Shown in pieces: positions 39,330-50,273 of a stretch of 64,000 nucleotides of DNA. The notes beneath the pieces were generated by a model. It was not told the origin of the DNA. It saw nothing but the letters and a program-made list of their open reading frames with translations, and ran no database searches. The DNA comes from Candidatus Latescibacterota bacterium (GTDB lineage Bacteria > Krumholzibacteriota > Krumholzibacteriia > WVZY01). Positions within the stretch are counted from its first letter, which is position 1, and each line of letters begins with the position of its first letter. The stretch spans positions 288,001 to 352,000 of the forward strand of contig CAWBQK010000011.1 of assembly GCA_963791045.1 (NCBI GenBank), given 5' to 3'. The position numbers and the translations under genes are program-made.

Positions 39330-40661
39330 ATGGACGCTGTATTTTTGTCCCGAATTCAGTTTGCCATCACAATCGGGTTCCATTTTATCTTTCCGCCGAT
39401 TTCGATCGGTCTGGTGTGGCTCCTGGTGATTGCCGAGTATCTCGGTTGGCGGAAGAATGATGAGACCTGGGTCAATCTGGGGAGATTCTTTGCGAAGCTC
39501 TTAGCGTTGACGTTTGCCGTGGGTGTTGCAACGGGAATCGTCATGGAATTCCAGTTTGGCATGAACTGGGCGAAGTACTCGGAGTTCGTCGGTGACATCT
39601 TTGGCGCACCGCTCGCCGCAGAGGGCGTGTTCGCCTTTTTCCTCGAGTCGAGTTTTCTCGCGCTCTACCTGTTTGGCCGGAACCGGGTGTCAAAAGGCGT
39701 TCACTGGTTCTCTGTGCTCATGGTGGCCGTGGGAGCGACGATATCTGCTTTTTGGATTCTCGTTGCCAATTCGTGGCAGCAGACCCCCGCCGGATATGTT
39801 GTTCGCAACGGCCGAGCGGAGCTTACGAGCTTTTCCGAAGCGGTGTTCAACCCGTCAATGTTCCAGCGTTTCTTTCATACCGTCGATGCCGCGCTTATTG
39901 CCGGTGCGTTTTTTATGGCGGGTATCGCCGCATTTCTTCTTCTGAAAAACAAAGACAATGTTGTTGCCAGAAAGGCAATCAAGCTCTCTTGTATCTTCGG
40001 AATCATCGTCTCTGTCCTCGCCGTATTTCCGACGGGCCATGAACACGCCCGGCAGGTCGCGCGGACACAACCGGAGAAATTCGCCGCGATCGAAGGGCTT
40101 TACACGAGCCAGACAAACGCGCCGCTGGTGCTATTCGGTCTCGTCAATCATCTGCCGCCCGAACTCGGCGCCAAGGTCGAAATCCCAGGGATGTTGAGTT
40201 GGATGGCGTTTGGAGACACGAATGCCCCTCTGGTGGGGATTTCAGATTTTCCGGCGGATGAGATCCCGCCGCTGTGGCCGACATTTGTGTCGTTCCACAA
40301 TATGGTCATTCTCGGAATGTACTTTATCGGGGTTATGGCGCTGGCGCTGCTTCTTCTTTGGCGCGAAAAGATCTGGGACAACCGTCTGTTTTTGAAGCTC
40401 CTCGTGTTTTCCCTGCCATTACCTGTCGTCGCGATTCAGTTCGGCTGGGCGGCCGCTGAAATCGGCCGGCAGCCATGGATTGTTTACAAGCTCCTGAGAA
40501 CGAGCGAGGCGGCCTCGGTCAACGTGAGCGCCGGCGAGATTCTTTTCTCCATCATTCTCTTTAGTGTCGTTTACCTCTTCCTGGGTGCGCTATGGGTCTT
40601 TTTGCTTGTGCGAGAGACCAATCATTTTCATGAAGCCACCGCAAAGGAGGTGCAGTCATGA
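39330..40661 (+). CDS. cydA: Cytochrome bd oxidase subunit I
   Basis: SRIQFA..FHFIF, GIVMEFQFG, FFLES, NSWQQTP, QPEKFAAIEG, EIGRQPW. Confidence 0.96.
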   Translation: MDAVFLSRIQFAITIGFHFIFPPISIGLVWLLVIAEYLGWRKNDETWVNLGRFFAKLLALTFAVGVATGIVMEFQFGMNWAKYSEFVGDIFGAPLAAEGVFAFFLESSFLALYLFGRNRVSKGVHWFSVLMVAVGATISAFWILVANSWQQTPAGYVVRNGRAELTSFSEAVFNPSMFQRFFHTVDAALIAGAFFMAGIAAFLLLKNKDNVVARKAIKLSCIFGIIVSVLAVFPTGHEHARQVARTQPEKFAAIEGLYTSQTNAPLVLFGLVNHLPPELGAKVEIPGMLSWMAFGDTNAPLVGISDFPADEIPPLWPTFVSFHNMVILGMYFIGVMALALLLLWREKIWDNRLFLKLLVFSLPLPVVAIQFGWAAAEIGRQPWIVYKLLRTSEAASVNVSAGEILFSIILFSVVYLFLGALWVFLLVRETNHFHEATAKEVQS

Positions 40662-41677
40662 TCGATCTCAACACGATCTGGTTTGTCTTGTTTGGTGTCC
40701 TTATTGCCGGGTACGCGATCCTCGACGGGTTCGATCTCGGTGTCGGGGTGCTGCACCTCTTTGGCCGGAGCGACAACGAGAGGCGAATTCACATAAACGC
40801 AATCGGTCCGGTGTGGGACGGAAACGAAGTGTGGCTCCTCACCGCCGGTGGGGCGCTTTTTGCTGCCTTCCCGAGGGTCTATGCGACGGTTTTTAGTTCG
40901 TTCTACCTCGCGCTGGTGCTGCTTCTCGTCTTTCTCATCATGCGGGCCGTGTCCATGGAGTTCCGTGGAAAGGTCGAGTCGCTCGGGTGGCGGAAATTCT
41001 GGGACTGGTCGTTTGGACTTGGGAGTCTTGGGCCGGCGCTTCTCTTTGGTGTCGCGGTGGGGAACATCCTCCGCGGGATACCGATTACGGATGACCGGGT
41101 GTTTACGGGCTCATTCTTTGGGCTGTTGAACCCCTATGCGCTTCTTATTGGTGTACTGAGTCTTGTGATGTTTACTATGCACGGGGCGCTCTACATGACA
41201 CTCAAGACTGACGGCGATCTCCAGGAGCGAATGAAAGCGTGGGCGACAAAATCATGGGTCGCATTTGTTGTTTTGTATGTTGCCGCCACCATCGCGACGT
41301 TTTTTGTGTCATCGTTTCTCTTTGAAGGGGTTCTCGGGAACGCGATCTTCTGGATCTTCTTTGTGTTGTTGCTCGTGTCGATCCTCTATATCCCGGTGGC
41401 GACAAACGCGAGACGGTACTGGGCGGCGATGCTCGCGAGCGCTCTCACCATTATCTCGATGATAGGGCTTGCCGCGGTGAGTATGTTCCCGGTGCTCGTT
41501 CCGTCGACGCTTGATCCCGTATACAGTTTGACGGCATACAACGCCGCTTCGACGCCAAGGACGCTCACAGTGATGCTCGTTATAGCGCTCGTCGGAATGC
41601 CGATTGTGATCGGGTACACGATTTACATTTATCGCGTGTTCAAGGGAAAGGTCGTGATCACCGAGGATAGTTATTGA
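40658..41677 (+). CDS. cydB: Cytochrome bd oxidase subunit II
   Basis: ILDGFDLGVG, PVWDGNEVW, FAAFP; ATGA overlap with cydA. Confidence 0.96.
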   Translation: MIDLNTIWFVLFGVLIAGYAILDGFDLGVGVLHLFGRSDNERRIHINAIGPVWDGNEVWLLTAGGALFAAFPRVYATVFSSFYLALVLLLVFLIMRAVSMEFRGKVESLGWRKFWDWSFGLGSLGPALLFGVAVGNILRGIPITDDRVFTGSFFGLLNPYALLIGVLSLVMFTMHGALYMTLKTDGDLQERMKAWATKSWVAFVVLYVAATIATFFVSSFLFEGVLGNAIFWIFFVLLLVSILYIPVATNARRYWAAMLASALTIISMIGLAAVSMFPVLVPSTLDPVYSLTAYNAASTPRTLTVMLVIALVGMPIVIGYTIYIYRVFKGKVVITEDSY

Positions 41678-41709
41678 GATGTGAATGATCTGATAGGAAC
41701 CTGTTGCGT

Positions 41710-43485
41710 ATGAATTCTGACGATATCACCAAAAAGCAAGCCGATCATTTGAAGTACGCCGGGCCGTCGGTTCGGACCGACGACCGATATTTCCGTCTCC
41801 TTAGTTACGAGCTGCTCAAGCTCTCGACCAGGGGGCTGTTAAGGAGAGATTTTCTCCCCAAGGTCGCAGAGATGATCAGGAAACACTGTGGATGCGAGGT
41901 GACGGAAATTTGGGTCAAGGAGGGATCGGATAAACATTTTCGATGCACAGTGAGCGGTCTGAAAAAGATGCCCTTTGGTTTTATTCTCGTGCCCTGCCCG
42001 TTGGGCGACGAGACGGATGCGTCCTTAGATGATACAGGCGAGATGAGTATTGAAAGGGTATGCTGTGAGGTGATCAAAGGGCGCGCGGCGGGTTTGTTTC
42101 CCCAGGTTACTAAACGAGGCAGCTGCTGGGATAACGGTGCCGAGGACGTGGTGGGGTCAGACGATCCCGCCGGACAAACCTCGGTGGCGAGGGTCACGCG
42201 GCGCCAAGGTTACTACAAAAGCAGGGCGTTGATTCCCATCCAACTGGAAGGGGAATGCGTGGGGCTCTTGCAGCTAAAGAGTCAAAACGCGGGGTTTTTT
42301 GCGGCGGATGATATTGGGTTTTTCGAGGACATTTCGGCTGTGCTCGGGATTGCACTCTCACATCAGTATGCCCACATCGAACTAAGGGAGCGGATCAAGG
42401 AGCTTACCTGTCTATACGGAATCGCCCGTGTGATTGCACAACCGGAGAGTTCGCTCGACGAGATTATTCAAGGGATCGTTGATCTGCTTCCACCCGCGTG
42501 GTTATACCCGGAGATTGCCAGCGCCCGCATAGTTTTGAACGACCGTGAATACACGACGGACGGTTATCGAGAGACACCCTACCGTCTCGTGTCGGACATC
42601 ATCGTGAACCGGCAGAAGATCGGTTTCGCGGAAGTTGCCTATCGTGAAATAAAGCTCACGCTGGACGAGGGTCCTTTTCTGTCCGAGGAGAGGAAACTCC
42701 TGGACAGCGTGGCTCGTGAGATTGCCAATTTCTTCGAACTTACAAAGGGTGAAAAAGAAAAGACCCTACTTCAAGACCAGCTGAGACATGCGGACAGGCT
42801 GGCAACCATCGGACAGCTTGCCGCTGGCGTGGCCCATGAACTGAATGAACCCCTGGGCAACATCCTTGGTTTGGCTGAGCTGGCTAGGAAGTCGCCGGAC
42901 CTTCCCGCACAGCTCGAAAAAGATCTGGAGGACATTGAAGCCGCATCGCTTCATGGCAGAGAAATCATCAAAAAGCTTATGACATTCGCGCGTCAGCTTC
43001 CACCACAGAAAGTTCTCGTCAACCTGAACGATGTCGTGTCCAACGCCTTGTACTTTTTCGAGGCCCGCTGCGCAAAAGCGGCAATCGAAATCGAGTATAG
43101 ACTGTTCCCCGATTTGCCAAAGATCACGGTCGATCCGGGGCAGATACAGCAGGTTCTGGTGAACCTGGTTGTCAATGCCATTCAAGCAATGCCGGGAGGG
43201 GGCGTGCTTACGGTGGAGACACGAGCGGTTGACGGGGGAGCCCGTCTGAGCGTTGGAGATACCGGAGAGGGAATCAACGATGAGAACAAGAGCCAGGTGT
43301 TCTTGCCGTTCTTTTCGACGAAAGACGTGAACGAGGGCACCGGCTTGGGCCTTGCGGTGGTTCATGGTATCATTCACGCGCATGGTGGTGAGGTCACGTT
43401 CGAAACAACGATCGGAAAAGGCGCGAGATTTGATGTTTATCTGCCGCTGGCGGCACCCAACGGATCCGAACGGATGAGCGAATGA
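41710..43485 (+). CDS. Cytoplasmic GAF sensor histidine kinase
   Basis: GAF-like domain, then the [10 protein letters not shown] domain, H-box [29 protein letters not shown]. No TM helix. Confidence 0.9.
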   Translation: MNSDDITKKQADHLKYAGPSVRTDDRYFRLLSYELLKLSTRGLLRRDFLPKVAEMIRKHCGCEVTEIWVKEGSDKHFRCTVSGLKKMPFGFILVPCPLGDETDASLDDTGEMSIERVCCEVIKGRAAGLFPQVTKRGSCWDNGAEDVVGSDDPAGQTSVARVTRRQGYYKSRALIPIQLEGECVGLLQLKSQNAGFFAADDIGFFEDISAVLGIALSHQYAHIELRERIKELTCLYGIARVIAQPESSLDEIIQGIVDLLPPAWLYPEIASARIVLNDREYTTDGYRETPYRLVSDIIVNRQKIGFAEVAYREIKLTLDEGPFLSEERKLLDSVAREIANFFELTKGEKEKTLLQDQLRHADRLATIGQLAAGVAHELNEPLGNILGLAELARKSPDLPAQLEKDLEDIEAASLHGREIIKKLMTFARQLPPQKVLVNLNDVVSNALYFFEARCAKAAIEIEYRLFPDLPKITVDPGQIQQVLVNLVVNAIQAMPGGGVLTVETRAVDGGARLSVGDTGEGINDENKSQVFLPFFSTKDVNEGTGLGLAVVHGIIHAHGGEVTFETTIGKGARFDVYLPLAAPNGSERMSE

Positions 43486-44834
43486 AAAACGAGACAGAGC
43501 GAGAGCACATTCTGATAGTGGACGACTCTCCGAAAACATTGGAAATGCTCGAACGGCATCTCCGGTCCGAGGGATACGAGGTAGTAGCAGCTACGGGTGT
43601 TGCGGAGGCTATCACTCTACTCGACGATACGGCTGTGGATCTGGTGATCACGGATTTGAAGATGCCCGAAATCTCGGGAATGGACCTGGTTCGTTACGTC
43701 CGCGAGAACCTGAAGACAACCGAAGTGATGATGATCACAGGTTACGCCACCGTTGAGGGTGCCGTCGATGCGATCAAGGCGGGTGCTGAGGAGTATCTGA
43801 CGAAACCTTTTACTGCGGACGAGCTCTTTTCCGCCGTCCGGCGGGCTCTCGATAAACTCAAGCTTCGAATGGCCAGCCTGGATCAGACACCACAGGATAT
43901 CAGATCTCAATACGGCATTCTCGGTGAATCGGAACCCGTCAACAAGGTGTTGAAGGCTATTACCAAGGCGGCGTCGACTGCGGCTACGGTGTTGATCACC
44001 GGTCAGAGTGGCACCGGCAAAGAACTGGTGGCCAGAGCGATACATTACAGCAGCAAACGTGTGTCAGCGCCATTCGTGCCGGTCAACTGCGGAGGAATCC
44101 CGGAGAGCCTGTTGGAAAGCGAGTTGTTTGGTTACGTCAAAGGTGCCTTTACGGGGGCGCTGGAGTCCCGGGCGGGTTTCTTCCAAACCGCCGATGGCGG
44201 TACGATTTTTCTGGATGAAGTCAGCGAGACGAGTCTCGCCATGCAGGTCAAACTCCTCAGGGTTCTTCAGGAAAGGGAAGTTTGCATGGTCGGCTCCGCG
44301 CAGTCGAGAAAAGTCAACGTGCGGGTTCTCGCAGCCACGAACAAGGATCTCTTGAGCCTGGTCAAAAAAGGCACCTTTCGCGAGGATCTTTTTTATCGGT
44401 TGAACGTGATCGAAATAGCGATTCCGCCGCTGCAGGCGAGGGGAGACGACATCATTCTTCTCACCAATCATTTTACGCGCAAGTACTCCAAGGAGGCGGA
44501 GAAGACGGAGCCTCGCTTCTCGGACAAGGCGCTGGAAATATTAAGAAACTATGCCTGGCCGGGAAACGTCCGAGAACTCGAAAACATGGTGCACAGCGTT
44601 GTCGTGATGGCGGATTCCGAGTTCATCGATGTGCCCGATCTCCCCGCACTGATGCATCATTCGGACGTGCCGGAAAAAGGGGTGCACAGGACACTGGTCG
44701 AGGTGGAGTCTGAACACATCCGCAATGTGCTGGCGTCAGTGAGTGGCAACAAGGGCCGTGCGGCCTCCATTCTTGGCATCGACCGGAAAACCTTACGGCG
44801 GAAAATAAAAGACCTCGAAGAAGACGCTGTGTAA
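43482..44834 (+). CDS. NtrC-family sigma54 response regulator
   Basis: Receiver (IVDD, ITDLKMP, KPF), GQSGTGKE, GAFTGA, WPGNVREL, and a Fis-type HTH. Confidence 0.95.
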   Translation: MKNETEREHILIVDDSPKTLEMLERHLRSEGYEVVAATGVAEAITLLDDTAVDLVITDLKMPEISGMDLVRYVRENLKTTEVMMITGYATVEGAVDAIKAGAEEYLTKPFTADELFSAVRRALDKLKLRMASLDQTPQDIRSQYGILGESEPVNKVLKAITKAASTAATVLITGQSGTGKELVARAIHYSSKRVSAPFVPVNCGGIPESLLESELFGYVKGAFTGALESRAGFFQTADGGTIFLDEVSETSLAMQVKLLRVLQEREVCMVGSAQSRKVNVRVLAATNKDLLSLVKKGTFREDLFYRLNVIEIAIPPLQARGDDIILLTNHFTRKYSKEAEKTEPRFSDKALEILRNYAWPGNVRELENMVHSVVVMADSEFIDVPDLPALMHHSDVPEKGVHRTLVEVESEHIRNVLASVSGNKGRAASILGIDRKTLRRKIKDLEEDAV

Positions 44835-44874
44835 TTCTTCGCCCTCTTTCCCCTACGCAATCCGCGGGTCGTGG

Positions 44875-44928
44875 CCACATGGGACATTTAGTCCCATGTG
44901 GGACAGAATACCCCGGACATACTGTCCC
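44875..44928. promoter_or_regulatory. Cluster of GGGAC-N5-GTCCC-like palindromes (putative UAS)
   Basis: CCACATGGGAC-ATTTA-GTCCCATGTGG (44875-44901), GGGACAGAATACCCC (44900-44914), CGGACATACTGTCCC (44914-44928). Confidence 0.6.
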
Positions 44929-45068
44929 TTCCTCTTTACGCCCAATCGTCGATTAAAGAGAATCTCTCGTCAATTGATCCTCGCAAGAAGCGGATAAATC
45001 ACAAGTTGCTTCTTGCGATCGTTCGGATTTGACTTGGTGCCGTGACCGTTTCGACGCGGGATTTTTGC

Positions 45069-45083
45069 TGGCACGTCACTTGA
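45069..45083 (+). promoter_or_regulatory. Probable sigma54 promoter with a variant -12 element
   Basis: TGGCACG-TCAC-TTGA: perfect -24, GA instead of GC at -12. Confidence 0.55.
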
Positions 45084-45218
45084 TATACAAAGCGGTTGCC
45101 GGGGTGTGCACACAGTGAACGACATCAAAGAATCAGGTTCTTCTGATGGTCCAACCAGGCAACAACTGATCAGTACGAGGAAGCAAAACAAACCTTTTCG
45201 CTGAGGAAAAAGAACGAG

Positions 45219-45416
45219 ATGGTTCGCGATCCCTCTGGAATGCGGAAGGACGATGAGGGGCAACCCGAAAGCAACCGTACGCATCATGAAGAACACGCGA
45301 AAGACCGAAAGGTTTACAAGGGTTTGTGTGCGAGCTGCGCACACCGTGAAACCTGTCTTTTGCCCGAGGCCGAGGGTGGGGTGTGGCACTGTGAACAATA
45401 TGTTGAAGAGTGTTGA
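45219..45416 (+). CDS. Small Cys-rich protein
   Basis: YKGLCASCAHRETC..GGVWHCEQY; first ORF of the operon. Start uncertain. Confidence 0.55.
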   Translation: MVRDPSGMRKDDEGQPESNRTHHEEHAKDRKVYKGLCASCAHRETCLLPEAEGGVWHCEQYVEEC

Positions 45417-45464
45417 TGTCGTGAAACGCGATGGAGTTTTGGTACAGACGAGAAATGGGACGAC

Positions 45465-46316
45465 ATGAAACCAAATGACTCAGCCGCCGCCGTTGATAAA
45501 GCTGTAGGAGAAGAAGAGGGTCTCATAGCCCGAATGGAACGTATCCAGGCAACGTATGGCTATCTCCCGCAAGAGAAGCTGGAAAAACTCGCCGAAGAAA
45601 CAGGCCGCTCCCTCGTGGATATCTATGGAGTAGCCACTTTTTATAAGGCATTCAGTTTGAAACCGAGGGGAAAACATCTCGTTTCCGTTTGTCTGGGTAC
45701 GGCCTGTCACGTTCAAGGCGGTCCAAGGATCGCGGAGGCTTTCCAAAAAGAACTGGGAATTCAATCGGGGGAGACCACAACCGACCGCGAGTTCTCTCTG
45801 GAGACCGTCAACTGTCTGGGTGCGTGTGCTCTGGGCCCCGTCGTCGTGGTGGATGGCCATTACTTTTCCAAAGTTCGAACGACCGAGGTCAAGGGGATCA
45901 TTGAACAAACCCGTAAGGGGCTGGATCTCGTGGAAATCGAAACGGATGAACGTGTTTTCCCGGTTGAGGTGAGCTGCTCGCGCTGCAATCACAGCCTCAT
46001 GGATCCACGGCATGTCATCGACAGTCACCCGTCCATTCGCGTAACTGTTTCTTTTGGTGACAAGCACGGTTGGTTGGCTCTTTCGGGCCTGTATGGAAGC
46101 TACCGAGTGGCGTCAGAGTATGAGATACCGATCGACGAGGTCGTGCATATGTTCTGTCCCCACTGTCATGCGGAGTTCATTGGCAGCAGCCGCTGCAGCG
46201 ACTGCGCGGCACCGATGGTTCCCATGATTGTACGTGGCGGAGGGGTCGTCCAGATCTGTGCCCGCCGCGGCTGCCGGGGTCACATGCTGGATCCGGGTGG
46301 CGTGCCTCTGGAATAG
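45465..46316 (+). CDS. NuoE/HydC-like [2Fe-2S] subunit with an extra C-terminal Cys-rich domain
   Basis: GYLP, GVATFY, VCLGTACH, VNCLGACALGP; extension CSRC..CPHC..CSDC..ICARRGCRGH. Confidence 0.88.
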   Translation: MKPNDSAAAVDKAVGEEEGLIARMERIQATYGYLPQEKLEKLAEETGRSLVDIYGVATFYKAFSLKPRGKHLVSVCLGTACHVQGGPRIAEAFQKELGIQSGETTTDREFSLETVNCLGACALGPVVVVDGHYFSKVRTTEVKGIIEQTRKGLDLVEIETDERVFPVEVSCSRCNHSLMDPRHVIDSHPSIRVTVSFGDKHGWLALSGLYGSYRVASEYEIPIDEVVHMFCPHCHAEFIGSSRCSDCAAPMVPMIVRGGGVVQICARRGCRGHMLDPGGVPLE

Positions 46317-46357
46317 ACATTTTGTTCGTTTGAACACTCATAGAGAGAGGTGTAGCG

Positions 46358-49300
46358 GTGAACAGGGTATCAAGCGTCTTGGAGTTTTCCGGGCTTCGTG
46401 AGCGCATTCAAGATGACAAAAAGATCCAGTATGAAAAACCTACCCTGGTTGTGTGCGCCGGTACGGGAGGGCAGGCCAGCGGGTCGAACGACGTCTTGCG
46501 GATAATCAAGCGATACATCCTCGACCGGAGTCTCCAGACAAAGATCGGGCTGAGGGTAACGGGGTGTCAGGGTTTTTGTGAAATGGACCCGTTTATCGTC
46601 GTGGAGCCCGGACGGCATCTATATCCGAAGCTCAAAATGGAGGATGTCCCGCACGTGATCGACGCCGCGGTTGGTGGATTTGTTGATGAAAGTCTGATCT
46701 ACAGAGACCCGCATGAGAAAAAGCAGTACCACAACCAGGACGACATTCCCTTCTTCAAAAAGCAAAAACGTTTGATTCTGGGGGACAACCAGAAGCTCGA
46801 TCCCATCCGGATCTTCAACTACATCGAATTGGGTGGGTATGCGGCGACGGAAAAAGTGTTATCGAACCTCGATCCGGAATGGATCGTCGAAGAAGTAAAA
46901 AAATCAGGATTGCGGGGGCGTGGTGGAGCCGGTTTTCCGACGGGGAAGAAATGGGAGCTTGCCCGGGCTTCCGGAAGACCGGATGAACAAAAATACATCG
47001 TCTGTAATGCCGACGAAGGAGACCCCGGAGCCTACATGGACCGCAGCCTATTGGAAGGCAATCCCCACGCAATCATCGAAGGGCTGCTGATCGGTGGGAT
47101 CGCGATCGGTGCCACCAGGGGTTGATTTATGTTCGCAGCGAGTATCCGATCGCCATCAAACACAGCATCATAGCGCTTCGGCAGGCTCGTGACATGGGGA
47201 TTCTGGGAACAAACATTCTTGGGACTGGGGTTGATTTCGACATCAAGATAGTTCGCGGTGCGGGTGCATTCGTATGTGGGGAGGAGACGGCACTCATAAA
47301 ATCCGTCGAGGGATTTATCGGTGAACCGCGGCAGCGGCCGCCTTATCCGATCGAAAAAGGGATCGGGGGACATCCCACATGTATCAACAACGTCGAAACT
47401 CTCGCCAATATTCCCGTCATCATCGATCCGGAGTGGCGGGGATGCCTACGCGAGGATTGGCGTCCCTGGAAACACGGGCACAAAGATCTTCTCTCTTGTC
47501 GGTAAAATCCAGAACACGGGTCTGGTGGAGGTCCCGCTGGGAATCAAGATATCGGAAGTCGTTTATGACATTGGCGGCGGAGCCTCTGGAAAAGCCAAAA
47601 TCAAGGCCGTTCAAACCGGCGGACCGTCGGGAGGATGCATTCCCGCCCGAATGTTCGATCTACCCATCGACTATGACAGCCTGGTGAAGGCGGGTTCCAT
47701 CATGGGATCGGGCGGCATGATCGTCATGGACGAAGAAACATGCATGGTGGACGTCGCCAAATATTTCATGGGTTTTCTCAAGGATGAATCCTGCGGCAAG
47801 TGCTTCACGTGCCGTAAAGGCACACAGCGTATGTACGAGATCCTCGACGACATTTCAAAGGGCAAGGCGACCCTTGAGGATCTGGATTTACTCGAAGAGC
47901 CTGGCCTATGTCGTCAAGGATACGACGATGTGCGGTCTCGGCCAGTCCGCATCGAATCCCGTGATCAGCACGCTGCGCTATTTCCGGGAAGAGTACGAAA
48001 GGCACATCGTCGAAAAGCGTTGTGATGCCTACGTGTGCAAGGATCTGGTCGGTGCTCCGTGTCAGTCCGCGTGTCCGTTGGGAACCGAGGCGTGGCGATA
48101 CGTCGCCCATATCGGACACGGTGAATACGAGGAAGCCTATCGAGTGATCCGTGAGGCCAACCCCTTCCCGTCGGTCTGTGCTCGAGTCTGCGATCACCCG
48201 TGCGAGACGAAGTGCCGTGCCGGCGCCACGGGCGGCAGCTCGGTGGCCATACGGGCTTTGAAGCGTTTTGTCGCCGATCGTGTCGATCCTTCGGTTTTCA
48301 ACCCGGTGGCGGAGGATTGGTCGGAAGGGACTCCACCGAGGGTCGCCATTATTGGCGCAGGGCCCGCCGGGCTGAGTGCGGCGCACTATTTGTCCCTCAA
48401 AGGTTGCAAGGTCACGGTATTCGAAGCGGAAAAGGAACCCGGCGGCATGCTGACCTGTGCAATCCCTTCATATCGTCTGCCGCGTGAAGTGATCGAAAAA
48501 GAAATCGATGCGCTGCTCGATGGAAATATCACGCTCAAGTGCGATGTTGCTCTGGGCCGAGACATCGATATCGATGGGTTGTTCGAGGAGGGTTACCAGG
48601 CGGTTCTTCTCGCGATCGGCGCTCACAAAAGCAAGCCGCTCCAGCTCGAAAATGAAGATGTCGAGGGTGTCTATCCCTCGATCGAATTCCTGAAGGCTTT
48701 CAATCTTCAGAAGCAACAACTGGCAAAGGGCAATGTTGGTGTGATCGGCGGCGGTAACTCGGCCATCGATGCCGCCCGTATGGCGCTCCGTCTCAAGGAC
48801 GTCGATAAGGTCACAATCCTTTACCGGCGAACCCGAGAGTGAGATGCCGGCGTTCGCCGAGGAGATCGAAGCGGCGGACCAGGAAGGGATCCACATCGAT
48901 ACCCTTGTCTCGCCCGTCGGGATAGTTAGCTGAAAGCGGACGCCTGACAGGACTCGAATGCATCCGTAACGAGCTTGGTGATGCGGATGCCAGCGGCCGG
49001 CGCAGGCCGGTTCCGATTGCCGGCACTGAACACGAAATCGAACTCGATACGTTGATCGTTGCTATCGGGGAAGATACCGGCATCGACGCCATCACACCGG
49101 CGAAATCGAGCCAGCTCGAAATCACCTCGTGGAACACGGTTCGGGTCAACCCCACAACAATGCAAACCAATCGCCCCGGTGTTTTTGCCGCGGGGGATGT
49201 CGTCCGCGGACCCAACACGGTGGTCGAAGCAATCAGCGACGGCAAGAGAGCGGCTGTCATGATCGAGCGGTTTCTCAAAAAAGAACCTTTGCTCCAGCCG

Positions 49301-49549
49301 TTCCAACCAAACATTCCCCGGGTCTACGTCGAACCGGTTCTCGACGAAGCGGCGTTAGCCGTTGACCGGTCGGAGACGCCCCGCGCGGCGGCGGATTGGC
49401 GCAAACGCAACTTCGCAGAGGTGGAGGTGTCAATGTCTCAAACGGAAGCCGCGCGGGAGGCCCGGCGATGTTTGCGGTGCGATCTCGAGTTCACCGGCCA
49501 AAAGAAAGAAAAAGATAAAGAATCCAAAACGGGGAGGCAGAGCGCGTGA
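46358..49549 (+). CDS. NuoF/HydB-like subunit fused to a GltD-like FAD oxidoreductase; about five frameshifts (near 47120, 47430, 47900, 48840, 48928)
   Basis: Colinear motifs across ORFs 46358, 47122, 47321, 47784 and 49052: [78 protein letters not shown]. Confidence 0.85.
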
Positions 49550-50254
49550 TTACCGTCAGGATAAATGGATTGGATGTGTCGGTAGAGAAGGGAACGACGC
49601 TTCTGGAAGCCGCTCAGTTTTTGGGATTTCCGATTCCCACGCTGTGTCACATGGAGGGACTGTCGCCTTACGGAGCCTGTCGACTCTGTGTAGTTGAGAT
49701 CGGAGAGGGAGACAGAGCAAAACTCGTGACATCCTGCACCCATCCGGTTCAAGAGGGGCTGGTTGTCAGGACCGCATCATCGCGCGTGGTGAAGGCCCGC
49801 AAGATGATCATCGAGCTGCTGCTGGCATCGTGTCCGCAATCCAAGGTGATACAGGATCTGGCGGCAAAACACGATGTCCGACACGCAGCGGTTCAAACAA
49901 GAATACGAAGACTGCATTCTCTGCGGTTTGTGCGTGCGGATGTGTGAAGAACAAATGGTTGCAAAGGCAATCGGTTTTCAAGGCAGGGGGGATAATCGCA
50001 CCATCGGTACCCCTTTCAATATCAAGACGGAGGTTTGCCGCCAGTGCGGCGGCTGCATATACGTCTGTCCCGCTTGCTCGCTTCGTTGTACGTACAACGA
50101 ACCGGAAAAAGCGGTTTGCGGGGGGTGTGCGAATCTCGGCCCTCCGTGCCTGGAAAAGGATCAGTTCGACGACATGATGTGCTACATGGATCCCTGTGTG
50201 GCCTGCGAGATAGTAAAAGACGACAATAAGTTGTCCGAGAAAAAGAAAAGCTAG
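49546..50254 (+). CDS. NuoG/HydA N-terminal-like Fe-S protein ([2Fe-2S] + 2x[4Fe-4S]), frameshift near 49884
   Basis: IPTLCH, GACRLC, TSC; then CILCGLCVRMC, CRQCGGCIYVCP and a further Cys-rich tail. No H-cluster or molybdopterin domain. Confidence 0.82.
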
Positions 50255-50273
50255 CGAAAAGGAGCAGAACAAA

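Noticed and set aside
44875-45018. CRISPR-like or IS terminal repeats
   Set aside because: No regular repeat-spacer period and no cas or transposase; better explained as operator palindromes.
47117-48933. In-frame TGA codons in the NuoF::GltD gene (47123, 48840, 48931) as selenocysteine
   Set aside because: None falls at a Cys-equivalent position and the conserved sequence resumes in a different frame each time, so these are frameshifts.
45465-50254. Respiratory complex I or an [FeFe]-hydrogenase
   Set aside because: No membrane Nuo subunits, no NuoBCD and no H-cluster motifs.
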